From the NCBI GenBank assembly GCA_902806405.1, contig CADCWL010000247.1:68003-132002 (forward strand): DNA of 64,000 nt, in the 5' to 3' direction. Both the position numbers and the translations under genes were made by a program. Positions 28,213 to 38,314 of this stretch are shown here, one piece after another. Positions within the stretch are counted from its first letter, which is position 1; each line of letters opens with the position of its first letter. The notes beneath the pieces are model-generated. The model did no database searches. It saw only the letters and a list, made by a program, of their open reading frames with translations, and was not told the origin of the DNA. This DNA is from an uncultured Thermomicrobiales bacterium (GTDB lineage Bacteria; Chloroflexota; Chloroflexia; Thermomicrobiales; UBA6265).

Positions 28213-29454
28213 ATGCGCTACGACGTGATCGTGGTCGGCGCGGGGCCGGCGGGGAGCACGGCCGCGCGAGAGGCGGCCGCGCACGGCCTCGCGACGCTCC
28301 TCCTCGACAAGGCGACCTTCCCCCGCGACAAACCGTGCGGTGGCGGCTTGACGGTCCGCACGCAGCGCTTGATTCCCTTCTCCCTGGCGCCGGTGGCCGA
28401 GCGCCCGATCCACGGCATGCGCGTCACGCTCCGTCAGGGGCGTGGGATCACCCGCGACTTCCCCGAGCCGATGGCCCACCTCGCGCAGCGGGCACGCCTC
28501 GACGCCTTCCTGGTCGCCAGGGCGACCGCGGCGGGCACCGTCCTGCGGGAAGGGACGGCGGTCAAGGCGGTCGAGCGATACCCGGATCGCGTCGTGGTTC
28601 GGGCCGGGGGGGAGGCGTTCGAGGGACGGACGCTGGTCGCCGCGGACGGCGCGAACGGGCGAACCGCCGCACTGGCCGGCATGGCGGGGGAACGCTGGCT
28701 CGTCGTCGGCCTCGAAGGAAACGTGACGCCGAGCGCCGGCATCCCCGACGAATGGGCGAACAGACTCGGGCTCGACGTCGGCGACCACCCCGGCGGCTAC
28801 GCCTGGATCTTCCCCAAGGGGGACCATCTCAACGTCGGGGTCGCCGTCTGGCAGCCGTTGGGGCCGACCCTGCGGTCACGCCTCGACCGGGTAGCCCGCT
28901 TCTACGGGGTTGCCCCGACGGAGCTGTGGGGGGTACGCGGCCACCACCTGCCGCTGCGTCGGCCGGGCGCGCCGCTGGCCGATGGCAACGTGCTCACTGT
29001 CGGCGACGCGGCGGGTCTGCTCGACCCCTTCACCCTGGAGGGAATCTACGCGGCTGTCTGGAGCGGACGCGCGGCGGCGCGCCACCTGGCGGCCTTCGTC
29101 GCCGGAGAAGCTCCGGACCTGACCGGCTACGCAGCCGAGGTCGAAGGGGAGCTGGCGCCGGAGTTGGACCTGGCGCGCCGGGTCCACGATGTTTTCCACG
29201 CGATGCCGGCGCTGACCGTCGGCGTGATCTGGGGCGCCCCGCCGGTCTGGCGATTCTGCTCCCGACTGATGCGCGGGGAGCGGAGCTACGCGGACGTGAC
29301 GCGCCGGCTTGGCCCCTTCGCGGTCGGGCTCGACCTCATCTCGGACGCGACGCGGGCGGTGCCCGCGCTCCGCCGCCGGGCGGGGCTCGACGCGCTCGCC
29401 GATCCCCCGCCGCCGGAGCGCTTCCTGCGCCGGGGCAAGACCGCGGGGGCGTAG
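28213..29454 (+). CDS. Geranylgeranyl reductase family FAD-dependent oxidoreductase
   Basis: YDVIVVGAGPAGSTAAREAAAHGLATLLLDKATFPRDKPCGGGL, and later TVGDAAGLLDPFTLEGI. Confidence 0.85.
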   Translation: MRYDVIVVGAGPAGSTAAREAAAHGLATLLLDKATFPRDKPCGGGLTVRTQRLIPFSLAPVAERPIHGMRVTLRQGRGITRDFPEPMAHLAQRARLDAFLVARATAAGTVLREGTAVKAVERYPDRVVVRAGGEAFEGRTLVAADGANGRTAALAGMAGERWLVVGLEGNVTPSAGIPDEWANRLGLDVGDHPGGYAWIFPKGDHLNVGVAVWQPLGPTLRSRLDRVARFYGVAPTELWGVRGHHLPLRRPGAPLADGNVLTVGDAAGLLDPFTLEGIYAAVWSGRAAARHLAAFVAGEAPDLTGYAAEVEGELAPELDLARRVHDVFHAMPALTVGVIWGAPPVWRFCSRLMRGERSYADVTRRLGPFAVGLDLISDATRAVPALRRRAGLDALADPPPPERFLRRGKTAGA

Positions 29455-29471
29455 GCCCGCGGTCTTGCCCC
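29432..29471 (+). terminator. 16-bp perfect hairpin overlapping the stop codon of the reductase gene
   Basis: GGGGCAAGACCGCGGG-ggcgtagg-CCCGCGGTCTTGCCCC. The TAG stop sits in the loop. There is no U tract. Confidence 0.55.
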
Positions 29472-29676
29472 GGCCAGCACGGTCAAGCCGCCACACCCCG
29501 AGCCCGACCAGCTGGGCGCCATATTCGGGGCCGCACCCTGCCGCCGCGGCCGGCGTCGCCACCAACCGGCCGACCGGATGTCCGGCGCCGCGACCGCGGA
29601 TGGGTCGTCGATCCCGAGCGCTACGGCCGTCCCTCCGCTCCTCGGCGCCACGACGGGGGCGCCGGCGGCAGTCCGG

Positions 29677-30036
29677 CTACTCGGGTGCCAGCGGCCCGTC
29701 CTCCGGCCACTCGATCGGGCGCGGCCCCGCATCGCTCATCTCCGGGTTGTCGCGGAGGCGGCGCAGCACCCGGATCGTCAGGTCGTCCCGGACCTGGACC
29801 TGGCACGAGAGGCGTGTGTTCGGCGCCAGGTCCTCGACCCGGGAGAGGCGCTCCCGCTCAGGCTCGGGCATCGGCCCGGCCTCCCCCTCGACGATCTCCA
29901 CCCGGCAGGTGGTGCAGCGGGCGTTGCCGCCGCAGCGGTGGAGGATGTCGACCCCCGCGTCCTCGACGCAGAGCACCAGCCGCCGCCCCACGTTGCAACT
30001 CGTCTCCCCGATCCCCTCCATCTTGATCGTCGGCAT
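29677..30036 (-). CDS. 2Fe-2S ferredoxin
   Basis: [12 protein letters not shown] ... LSCQV cysteine pattern. 119 aa. Divergent from malate synthase. Confidence 0.85.
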   Translation of the reverse strand: MPTIKMEGIGETSCNVGRRLVLCVEDAGVDILHRCGGNARCTTCRVEIVEGEAGPMPEPERERLSRVEDLAPNTRLSCQVQVRDDLTIRVLRRLRDNPEMSDAGPRPIEWPEDGPLAPE

Positions 30037-30231
30037 GGTCCCGGCCCGCTCCTCTCCCGCTCGTTGCCCCCGCGTGGACGCCCCACCGGCGGCGTCTACT
30101 CGGATCGTCGCACATCCGTCGGCGTCGCCCCATGGTGCCGACCGCGCGCCCGTGCGTCCGGGTGCCGTCTTCGGTACGATGCCGAACGCGACCGGTCGGC
30201 GGCGCGGACGGCAAGGGGCGGAGAGACGTCA

Positions 30232-31803
30232 ATGAGCGACGGCATCGAGGTGGTCGGCCCGGTCGCGCCGGAGTCGACGTTCGTCCTCTCGCCGGAGGCG
30301 CTCGGCTTCGTGGCGGCGCTTCACCGCGCCTTCAACCCGACCCGCGAGGCGCTTCTTGCCGGCCGCGAGGAGCGGCGGGAGCGGATCGCCGCCGGCGAGA
30401 CCCTCGACTTTCTGGAGGAGACGCGCGAGGTTCGCGAGAGCGACTGGGCCGTCGCGGTGGCCCCGCCCGACCTCGACGACCGCCGCGTCGAGATCACCGG
30501 TCCCTGCGACCGCAAGATGGTCATCAACGCCCTCAATTCCGGCGCCCGCGTCTTCATGGCGGACCTCGAAGACGCCTCCTCCCCAACCTGGCACAACGTC
30601 GTCGACGGCCAGCGCAACCTCCACGACGCCGTCCGCCGGACGATCACCTTCCTCAACCCGGACGGCCGCGAGTACCGCCTCGATGACGCGGTTGCGACCC
30701 TCGTCGTCCGCCCCCGCGGCTGGCACCTCGTCGAGCGCCACGTCCTGGTCGACGGCACGCCGATCTCCGGCAGCCTCTTCGACTTCGGGATGTATTTCTT
30801 CCACAACGCGGACGAGCTCATCGAGCGCGGCAGCGGCCCCTACTACTACCTGCCGAAGCTGGAGAGCCACCGCGAGGCCCGCCTCTGGAACGACGTCTTC
30901 GACGCCGCCCAGGACGCCCTCGGCATCCCCCGGGGCACGATCCGAGCAACCGTCCTCGTCGAGACGCTGCCGGCCGCCTTCGAGATGGACGAGATCCTCC
31001 ACGCGCTCCGCCCCCACGCCGCCGGCCTCAATGCCGGCCGCTGGGACTACATCTTCAGCGCGATCAAGACCTTCCGCGACCGCCCCGACGCGGTGCTGCC
31101 CGACCGCGTCCAGGTGACGATGACCGTCCCCTTCATGCGCGCCTACTCGCAACTGCTGATCAAGACCTGCCACCGCCGGGGCGCCCATGCGATGGGCGGG
31201 ATGGCCGCCTTCATCCCGACCCGCAAGGATCCGGAGGTCAACGAACGGGCCCTCGCCGCCGTCCGCGCCGACAAGGAGCGGGAGGCGGGCGACGGCTTCG
31301 ACGGCACCTGGGTCGCCCACCCCGGCCTGATTCCGGTCGCGATGGAGGTGTTCGAGGGGGTCCTCGGCGACCGACCGCACCAGAAGGAACGTCTGCGGGA
31401 CGATGTCTCCGTGGCGGCGGACGACCTGGCGACGATCTCGGTCCCCGAGGGCACCATCACGGAGGACGGTCTGCGTCTCAACGTCGGCGTCGCCCTCCAG
31501 TACCTCAACGCGTGGCTGCTCGGCACGGGCGCCGCCGCGATCAACAACCTGATGGAGGACGCCGCGACCGCCGAGATCTCCCGCGCCCAGGTCTGGCAGT
31601 GGCTTCGCCACGGAGCTGCCACCGACGGCGGTGAGCCGATCACCCACGAGCGCTACCGTCGCGTCCGCGACGAGGAGCTGCTCAAGCTCGGCGGCCCCGC
31701 CGCCGGTCGCTACGCCGACGCCGCGGAAGTCCTCGACGGCCTGATCCTGAGCGACGCCTTCGCGCCGTTTCTCACGATCCCGGCCTATGCCCTCCTCGAT
31801 TAA
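30232..31803 (+). CDS. aceB: Malate synthase A
   Basis: [60 protein letters not shown]. 523 aa. The track ORF start at 29578 is upstream read-in. Confidence 0.93.
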   Translation: MSDGIEVVGPVAPESTFVLSPEALGFVAALHRAFNPTREALLAGREERRERIAAGETLDFLEETREVRESDWAVAVAPPDLDDRRVEITGPCDRKMVINALNSGARVFMADLEDASSPTWHNVVDGQRNLHDAVRRTITFLNPDGREYRLDDAVATLVVRPRGWHLVERHVLVDGTPISGSLFDFGMYFFHNADELIERGSGPYYYLPKLESHREARLWNDVFDAAQDALGIPRGTIRATVLVETLPAAFEMDEILHALRPHAAGLNAGRWDYIFSAIKTFRDRPDAVLPDRVQVTMTVPFMRAYSQLLIKTCHRRGAHAMGGMAAFIPTRKDPEVNERALAAVRADKEREAGDGFDGTWVAHPGLIPVAMEVFEGVLGDRPHQKERLRDDVSVAADDLATISVPEGTITEDGLRLNVGVALQYLNAWLLGTGAAAINNLMEDAATAEISRAQVWQWLRHGAATDGGEPITHERYRRVRDEELLKLGGPAAGRYADAAEVLDGLILSDAFAPFLTIPAYALLD

Positions 31804-31816
31804 GGGGACGCGCAGC

Positions 31817-32350
31817 GTGACGTCGCCGAACTGCACCATCGAAGAAGTCAACGCCCTCGACCGAGCATCCTTCGTCGACCGCTTCGGTGCACTTTACGAG
31901 GGCTCGCCCTGGATCGCCGAGGCGGCCTGGGTTGGCCGTCCCTTCGCCGACCGCGACGATCTCCACCGCGCCCTCCACGCCGTCGTCGAGCGTGCCCCGC
32001 AGGAGCTGCAGCTCGCGCTGATCCGCGCCCACCCCGATCTCGTGGGCCGGGCGGCGCTGGCCGGCACCCTCGGCGGCCCCTCGACCTCGGAACAGGCCGC
32101 GGCCGGCCTCGACCCGGACCGGCTCACGCCGGACGACGTGGTCCACTTCGCGGAGCTGAACGCGGCGTATCGAGATCGTTTCGGCTTTCCGTTTGTGATC
32201 TGCGCCCGCGACAACAAAAAGGACGCCATCCTCGCCGGCTTCGCTGCCCGCCTTGATCAGCCGCGGGACCAGGAGATCGCCGCCGCCCTCTCGGAGATCG
32301 CCAAGATCTGCCATCATCGCCTGGCGGACATCCTCCCCGAGGACGGGTAG
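31817..32350 (+). CDS. uraD: 2-oxo-4-hydroxy-4-carboxy-5-ureidoimidazoline (OHCU) decarboxylase
   Basis: FVDRFGALYEGSPWIAEAAW, IRAHPDL, RFGFPFVICARDN. GTG 31817 follows AAGGGGA; ATG 31787, overlapping aceB, is the alternative. Confidence 0.85.
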   Translation: MTSPNCTIEEVNALDRASFVDRFGALYEGSPWIAEAAWVGRPFADRDDLHRALHAVVERAPQELQLALIRAHPDLVGRAALAGTLGGPSTSEQAAAGLDPDRLTPDDVVHFAELNAAYRDRFGFPFVICARDNKKDAILAGFAARLDQPRDQEIAAALSEIAKICHHRLADILPEDG

Positions 32351-32416
32351 GGAAACCGCCATGACAGACCAGGACACCTCCCACCCGTTGGTGGGAGAGG
32401 GGTCGGGAGACGGCGC

Positions 32417-33343
32417 ATGGACGGCGTTGCCTACGAGATCGGCTACGGTAAGCGGCGCGTCCCGGTCTACCGCGTCCACGCCGCCCCCCTCCGCGGCGTG
32501 ACGCCGATCCCCGAATCCCCTTTCACCGACCGCGCCAATGCCCTCTTCGCCTGCGAGGTCGACGTCGAGGTCCTCGGCAACGACTTCCTCCCCGCCTACA
32601 CCGCCGGCGACAACAGGGACGTCGTCGCCACCGACAGCATGAAAAACGTCGTCCTCCGCGAGGCGCTCGCCTACGACGGCGCCACCCTCGAAGGCTTCCT
32701 CGCCCGTCTTGGCCGCACCTTCACGTCCACCTACGACCAGCTCCGCACCCTGCGCCTCGCCGCCCGCGAGCTCCCCTTTGCCGCGGTCCCCGTCCCCGAT
32801 GGCGTCGGCGGCTTCGCCGCGGACAACAACCTCTTCGTCCGTACCGGCGGGGACGTCGCCGTCGCCGCCCTGGAGATCGCCGACGACACGATCACCGGCC
32901 ACCGCTCCGGCCGTGTCGGGATGGAGCTGATGAAACTCTCCGGCAGCGCGTTCACCAGCTTCGTGCGTGACGGCTTCACCACCCTCCCCGACCGACGCGA
33001 CCGTCCCCTCTTCGTCGGCCTCGACATCCATTGGCGCTACGCCGACGTCGCCGACCTGCTCGCCCCCGACCCGACCCGCTACGTCCCCTCGGAGCAGGTC
33101 GGCGATCTCGTCCGCGCCGTCTTCGCCGGCTTCGTCAGCGAGTCGATCCAACACCTCGTCCACGAGATGGGCACCCGCCTCTTGGAGCGCTTCCCCCAGC
33201 TCGCCGAAGTCTCCTTCGCCGCCCGCAACTTGACCCGCGACCCGTACGCCGAATCGACGACGACCCCCCGCGCCAAGGTCTACAGCGACCCCTTCCCCGC
33301 CTACGGCGAGATCACCCTGACCATGTCGCGGGGCACGGCGTGA
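32417..33343 (+). CDS. uox: Urate oxidase (cofactor-independent uricase)
   Basis: YGKRRVPVYRV, VVATDSMKNVV and the two-T-fold-domain layout. 308 aa. Confidence 0.9.
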   Translation: MDGVAYEIGYGKRRVPVYRVHAAPLRGVTPIPESPFTDRANALFACEVDVEVLGNDFLPAYTAGDNRDVVATDSMKNVVLREALAYDGATLEGFLARLGRTFTSTYDQLRTLRLAARELPFAAVPVPDGVGGFAADNNLFVRTGGDVAVAALEIADDTITGHRSGRVGMELMKLSGSAFTSFVRDGFTTLPDRRDRPLFVGLDIHWRYADVADLLAPDPTRYVPSEQVGDLVRAVFAGFVSESIQHLVHEMGTRLLERFPQLAEVSFAARNLTRDPYAESTTTPRAKVYSDPFPAYGEITLTMSRGTA

Positions 33344-33515
33344 GCCAACGGCACCCGTCCCGAGCGAGGCGAACCGTGCTCGGCCCCCTTCAGGGGGCTT
33401 CGTGGGACCGCCCCGGGGTTTTGCACACCCGGCGACGTCGGCAAGGCGCTCAACCCTTGACGCCACGTTCCACTGGTGCATCGCCTAACCTCCTCCGCCG
33501 GCCAGGAGCGACCCG

Positions 33516-33881
33516 ATGCCCGGACGCCTGACCACCCACGTCCTCGACATCGCCCGCGGCCGCCCCGCGGCGGGAGTCGCCATCGAGCTCTGGCGCCTCG
33601 GCCCGAACGAGGACCGGCGCCGGCTCGCGACCGTCCGCACCGACGCCGACGGCCGCACCGCCGCACCCCTCCTCGCCGGCGAAGCGTTGACCGCCGGCCT
33701 CTACGAGCTCGTCTTCGCCGTCGGTGCCTACTTCGCGGACCTCGCCCAGGAGCTCCCGGTGACCGATCCGCCCTTCCTCGACCGCGTTCCTGTCCGCTTC
33801 GCCGTCGCCGATGCCGACGCCCACTACCACGTCCCGCTCCTCGCCTCCCCGTGGGCGTACAGCACCTACCGTGGCAGTTGA
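33516..33881 (+). CDS. uraH: 5-hydroxyisourate hydrolase (transthyretin-like)
   Basis: LTTHVLDIARGRPAAGV and the diagnostic C-terminus YHVPLLASPWAYSTYRGS. Confidence 0.92.
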   Translation: MPGRLTTHVLDIARGRPAAGVAIELWRLGPNEDRRRLATVRTDADGRTAAPLLAGEALTAGLYELVFAVGAYFADLAQELPVTDPPFLDRVPVRFAVADADAHYHVPLLASPWAYSTYRGS

Positions 33882-33885
33882 GCCG

Positions 33886-35148
33886 GTGCCCGCTGGAGGA
33901 ACCAGCGCCTCCGCGACACGCGCCCGCGTGGTCATGGCCCGCTGCGACGACCTCGCCATGCACAGCGATGAGCCCGGTCGATTGACGCGCCGTTACGGCA
34001 CCCCCGCCCTGCGGGCGGCACAGGACGCGGTCGCCGCCTGGATGGAGGCGGCCGGGATGGGCGTCCGCCGCGACGCCGTCGGCAACCTCCTCGGCCGCTA
34101 CCACGGCAGCGACCCGGCCGCGGGAACACTCCTCCTCGGCAGCCATCTCGACAGCGTCCGCGACGCCGGCCGCTACGACGGTCCGCTCGGCGTCCTCGTC
34201 GGCCTCGCCGCCGTCGAGCACCTCCATGCCCGCGGCGAGCGCCTCCCGTTCGCGATCGAGCTCGTCGCCTTCGCCGACGAGGAAGGGCTCCGCTTCGGCA
34301 CCGCCTACCTGGGCAGCGGCGTCTTCACCGGAGCGCTCGACGCGGCCTCGCTCGCGCTGGCCGACGACGCGGGCGTCACCCTCGCCGACGCCATCCGCGC
34401 CTTCGGCGGCGAGCCGGACGCGCTCGCCGCCGCCCGCCGCGACGGCGCCGACCTCCTCGCCTACCTCGAGGTCCACATCGAGCAAGGTCCGACACTGGAG
34501 GCCCGAAATCTCCCGGTCGGCGTCGTCACCGCCATCGCCGGTCGGAGCGGGCTGCAGGTCACCTTCGCGGGCGAGGCGGGCCACGCCGGCACCGTCGCCA
34601 TGCCGCTGCGGCGCGACGCCCTCTGCGCCGCCGCCGAATTCGTCCTCGCCGCCGAGGAGACCGCCCGCTCGCTCCCCGGCCTCGTCGCCACCGTCGGCCA
34701 GATCGCCGCCGAGCCGGGCGCCGGCAACGTGATCCCCGGCCTCGTCCGTCTCTCCCTCGATGTGCGTCACGCCGACGACGCCGCTCGCGACGACGCCCTC
34801 CGCCGCCTCCGCGCTCGAACGGACGAGATCGCCGCCCACCGCCGCGTTGTGGCCACCTGGGAGCTCGTCAACGACAACCCCGCCATCGCCTGCGAACCCG
34901 CCCTCGCCGCCACCCTTGCCCGCGCCGTCGAGCAGACCGGCCACCACACCCATCGCCTTCCCAGTGGCGCCGGGCACGACGGCGTCATGCTGACCCACCT
35001 CTGCCCGGTCGCGATGCTCTTCGTCCGCTGCGCCGGCGGCGTCAGCCACAACCCCGCCGAGTCGGTCACGGCCGAAGACGTGGCGGTTGCCATCGAGACC
35101 GTCGACCGCTGCCTCCTCCTCCTGGCGACAGCGCCTTCCTCCCCCTAA
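33886..35148 (+). CDS. allC: Allantoate amidohydrolase (M20 family)
   Basis: AVAAWMEAAGM, LLGSHLDSVRDAGRYDGPLGV, AFADEEGLRFG, GEAGHAGTVAM, SGAGHD. Start is uncertain: GTG 33871, GTG 33886, GTG 33928 or ATG 33934. Confidence 0.85.
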   Translation: MPAGGTSASATRARVVMARCDDLAMHSDEPGRLTRRYGTPALRAAQDAVAAWMEAAGMGVRRDAVGNLLGRYHGSDPAAGTLLLGSHLDSVRDAGRYDGPLGVLVGLAAVEHLHARGERLPFAIELVAFADEEGLRFGTAYLGSGVFTGALDAASLALADDAGVTLADAIRAFGGEPDALAAARRDGADLLAYLEVHIEQGPTLEARNLPVGVVTAIAGRSGLQVTFAGEAGHAGTVAMPLRRDALCAAAEFVLAAEETARSLPGLVATVGQIAAEPGAGNVIPGLVRLSLDVRHADDAARDDALRRLRARTDEIAAHRRVVATWELVNDNPAIACEPALAATLARAVEQTGHHTHRLPSGAGHDGVMLTHLCPVAMLFVRCAGGVSHNPAESVTAEDVAVAIETVDRCLLLLATAPSSP

Positions 35149-35399
35149 CGGTCGCGCTGGCGCGGCAGCGCACCGACGCGAACCGCCGAGCCCCTCGGTG
35201 GCGAGGGGCCGCTCCTCCCCACCCAGAATCGGGGGCGGGCCGCGGAGGGAGCCATCGCCGACGCGGCAATCCAGCGGCTGGGGGAACAGTGCGAGCATCC
35301 GGCCCTTCCCCGATCCGACCTTCCCGCTTCGGCCCCCGCTCCGTAGGTCCTGGGCGATCGCCAACGGGTGGGCGACCGAGGAGCAGCACCACGGAAGAG

Positions 35400-35900
35400 G
35401 AGCGAATGCGCCAACGGGCAACCGTTCTCACCCGAACGGGCCAAATCACCCCATCCTGGTCGAGATTTTCCGGGTCCCTGCCCCGGAGGAGGGCGACCAG
35501 GTGGCCGTCCGCCGGGCCCGCCTCGATCCCAGCGACCGGGGAGGCGTCGACACCAGCACCGCTGGCGCGCCCACGTGCGGCCGTCCGCGGCTTTGCGACA
35601 AGGAGGATTGGGACGCCTCCGGGCACGCGGTGGCGGGGAAGATCAACGGGCGTTAGGGTGATGGGGCGGACATTCCAGCCCTGCTCGACACGACGGTCGC
35701 CTGCGTCCCAAGCGCCAGCACCACGCCGATCATTCACCCTGAACCAGCATGAACTCGTATCGTGTCGGACACGGCGAAGGTGAGGTCCCGTTGGACGATA
35801 CCGTCGTCCTCGCGGCCGTTCGCCCGCTCGATCGACTCCACGCTCGACACCGGTTCGACCTCGGCGCGACGCTTTTGCCCTTGCTTGCGATCCCCGTGGT
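35400..35900 (-). pseudogene. Possible relic of a cupin-type ureidoglycolate lyase (very tentative)
   Basis: Two minus-strand frames joined by a shift give EVEPVS..VESIE..FAVSDTIRVH and RPITLTPVDLPRH..ILLVAKP..LVALLRGRDPENLDQ. These resemble, as I remember them, AllA blocks (IEPLT, G.VIE, N.G...R.H, PLTV..LERHP, LVVA, FLVVDRSG..N.DE), with deletions. GC3 is intermediate. Confidence 0.3.
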
Positions 35901-36116
35901 CGTGACTCCGACAATCGACGCCTTCGCCCGATCGTCGATCTCTGCGTCGCCCCCAATCTTTCGTTCGCCGACCCCTACCCGGCTGTGCTAGCGCCGACGC
36001 GCATCGGCCAGGATCATGCGTCTCGACCGCGGCTTCGACCGCATCTCCGGCCTTCGCCGTACCCAGCCGTCGCGGCTCGCGGCCTCGACGTCCGTCAGAC
36101 TCCGGAAGGGGTGCCC

Positions 36117-37475
36117 ATGCCCATTTACGACCTCATCGTCCGCAACGGCGCCCTCGTCACCGGGGACGGCGTCGCCGACGCCGACCTCGCCGTCGCCGAC
36201 GGCCGGATCGCCGCGATCGGCCCCGAGCTGGACGGGTTGGGCCGCGCCGAGATCGACGCCGCCGGCCTCCACCTCTTCCCCGGCGTGATCGACGCCCACG
36301 TCCACCTCAACGAGCCGGGCCGGACCGATTGGGAGGGCTTCGCCACCGGCACCGCCGCCCTCGCCGCCGGTGGCGCGACGAGCTTCTTCGACATGCCACT
36401 CAACGCCCACCCGCCGACCCTCGACGCCGCGAGCTTCGACGCCAAGCGCGCCGCCGCCGAGGCCGTCGCCGTCGCCGACTTCGCCCTCTGGGGCGGCCTC
36501 GTCCCCGGCAACCTCGACGCCATGCCGGACCTGGCGGAGCGCGGCGTCGTCGGCTTCAAGGCGTTCATGTCGGCCAGCGGCACCGACGACTTCCCTCGCG
36601 CCGACGACCTGACCCTTTTGGAGGGGATGCGCCGCGCCGCCGCGCTCGGCCTTCCGGTCGCCGTCCACGCCGAGAGCGAGGCGATCACCTCCCGCCTCGC
36701 CGCCCGCAGCGTCGCCGCCGGTCAGGTAACGGCCCGCGACTACCTCCTCTCCCGGCCCGTCGTCGCCGAGGTCGAGGCGATCGGCCGTGCCCTGCTCCTC
36801 GCCGAGGAGGCCGGCTGCGCCGTCCACGTCGTCCACGTCAGCACCGGCCGCGGCGTCGCCCTCGTCGCCGCCGCCCGCGCCCGCGGCGTCGACGCCTCGT
36901 GCGAGACCTGCCCCCACTACCTGGTCCTCACCGAGGACGACCTGGAAGGGCTCGGCGCCGTCGCCAAGTGCGCACCACCCCTCCGCCCCGCCCACGAGCG
37001 CGACGCCCTCTGGGGTCACCTGCTCGCCGGCGATCTGCCGATGGTGGCCTCCGACCACTCCCCCTCCCCGCCCGCGATGAAGGAGGGCGCCGACTTCTTC
37101 GCGATCTGGGGCGGCATCGCCGGCTGCCAATCGAGCCTGCCGCTGCTGCTCGGAAGCGGCCACCATGGAGTTGATTTCCCCCTTCCCGACGTCGCCTCGG
37201 TAACCGCGGGATACGTCGCAGAGCGTTTCCGCTTACCGGCCAAGGGTCGCCTCGCCGTCGGCGCCGACGCCGACTTCGCCCTGGTCGCCCTCGCCGAGCC
37301 GTTCACCCTGGACCCCCGCGATCTCCTCTCTCGCCACCGCCTCAGCCCCTACGTCGGTCGTGCCTTCACCGGTCGCGTCGTCCGCACCGTGCTCCGCGGC
37401 ATCACCACGTTCCTCGATGGTGCGGTCGTCTCGCCGCCGATCGGTCGACTGCTCCGGCCAGCCGCGGTTAGTTGA
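36117..37475 (+). CDS. allB: Allantoinase (cyclic amidohydrolase)
   Basis: GVIDAHVHLNEPGRTDWEGF, GFKAFM, VAVHAES, VHVVHVS, ASDHSP. ATG 36117 follows GGAAGGGG. Confidence 0.9.
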   Translation: MPIYDLIVRNGALVTGDGVADADLAVADGRIAAIGPELDGLGRAEIDAAGLHLFPGVIDAHVHLNEPGRTDWEGFATGTAALAAGGATSFFDMPLNAHPPTLDAASFDAKRAAAEAVAVADFALWGGLVPGNLDAMPDLAERGVVGFKAFMSASGTDDFPRADDLTLLEGMRRAAALGLPVAVHAESEAITSRLAARSVAAGQVTARDYLLSRPVVAEVEAIGRALLLAEEAGCAVHVVHVSTGRGVALVAAARARGVDASCETCPHYLVLTEDDLEGLGAVAKCAPPLRPAHERDALWGHLLAGDLPMVASDHSPSPPAMKEGADFFAIWGGIAGCQSSLPLLLGSGHHGVDFPLPDVASVTAGYVAERFRLPAKGRLAVGADADFALVALAEPFTLDPRDLLSRHRLSPYVGRAFTGRVVRTVLRGITTFLDGAVVSPPIGRLLRPAAVS

Positions 37476-37511
37476 GCCGCCGGGGAACGTCGTGACGCAG
37501 AACGGGAGGAC

Positions 37512-38222
37512 GTGTCTGTGATCCCCCGGTCCGGCGACGACGCGGCCCGAACGGCGGGATGGCGCAAGATCGAGGAGATCGACGGCGTCTTGGCCGCCGG
37601 GCGCCTCGGCGAGGACGGCTGGTACGACGCCGCCCGTGCCGTCCTCGAGGACGCCGACCTGGCGACCGACGACCCGTACGCCCAGTCCGGGATGCGGGCC
37701 GACGCCACCCGCTGGGAGCGCGGCCGCCGCCCGATCGCCGAGGGGATCAACCGCAATGGCACCTTCCTCGACGTCGGCTGCGCGAACGGTCTCCTGATGG
37801 AGAGCATCGTCGGCTGGGTCGCCGCCGACGGCCACCACGTCGAGCCGTACGGCCTCGACTAATTCCCGAACCTCGCCGCCCTCGCCCGCCACCGCCTACC
37901 CCGCTGGGCCGACCGCATCTTCGTCGGCAACGCGGGCAACTGGACGCCGCCCCAACGCTTCGACTTCGTCCGCACCGAGCTCGTCTACGTGCCGCCTGCG
38001 CGGCAACCGGCCCTCGTCGCACGCCTCCTCCGCGAGGTCGTCGTCCCCGGCGGCCGTCTCATCGTCTGCTCGTACGGCAGCTCCCGGCGTCTGGCACTCC
38101 GGGCCGAGCCGGACGGCGACCCGCTCCGCGATTGGGGCCACGCGGTCGCCGGAGAAGCGGAAGGCGCGGACGCGAACGGCGTCGTCTTCGTCCGCATCGC
38201 TTGGGCCGACGCGCCACCCTGA
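37512..38222 (+). pseudogene. Class I SAM-dependent methyltransferase interrupted by one in-frame TAA (37860-37862)
   Basis: Motif I FLDVGCANGLL lies upstream of the stop. The same frame continues as FPNLAALARHRL..FDFVRTELVYV..LLREVVVPGGRLIV (post-I to motif IV-like). The ORF-track pieces 37512-37862 and 37989-38222 are in one frame. Confidence 0.7.
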
Positions 38223-38314
38223 TTGGCGAGGACCGCCCCCGAGCTACCAGTTAAGGTCGAAGCCCTCCCCCCCTCGGGCGACGACGGACCCGGGGACGAA
38301 ACCTGATCTACACT

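Noticed and set aside
27054-30026. 990-aa plus-strand ORF spanning four annotated genes
   Set aside because: It is an out-of-frame read-through across the ABC permease, TcmI-like, reductase and ferredoxin regions. Its sequence is R/P/G/A-rich low complexity. Each underlying gene has strong motifs in another frame or strand.
33301-35421. 706-aa minus-strand ORF
   Set aside because: It is antisense to uraH and allC, both of which have diagnostic motifs. Its composition is Gly/Arg/Ala-rich with no recognisable domain.
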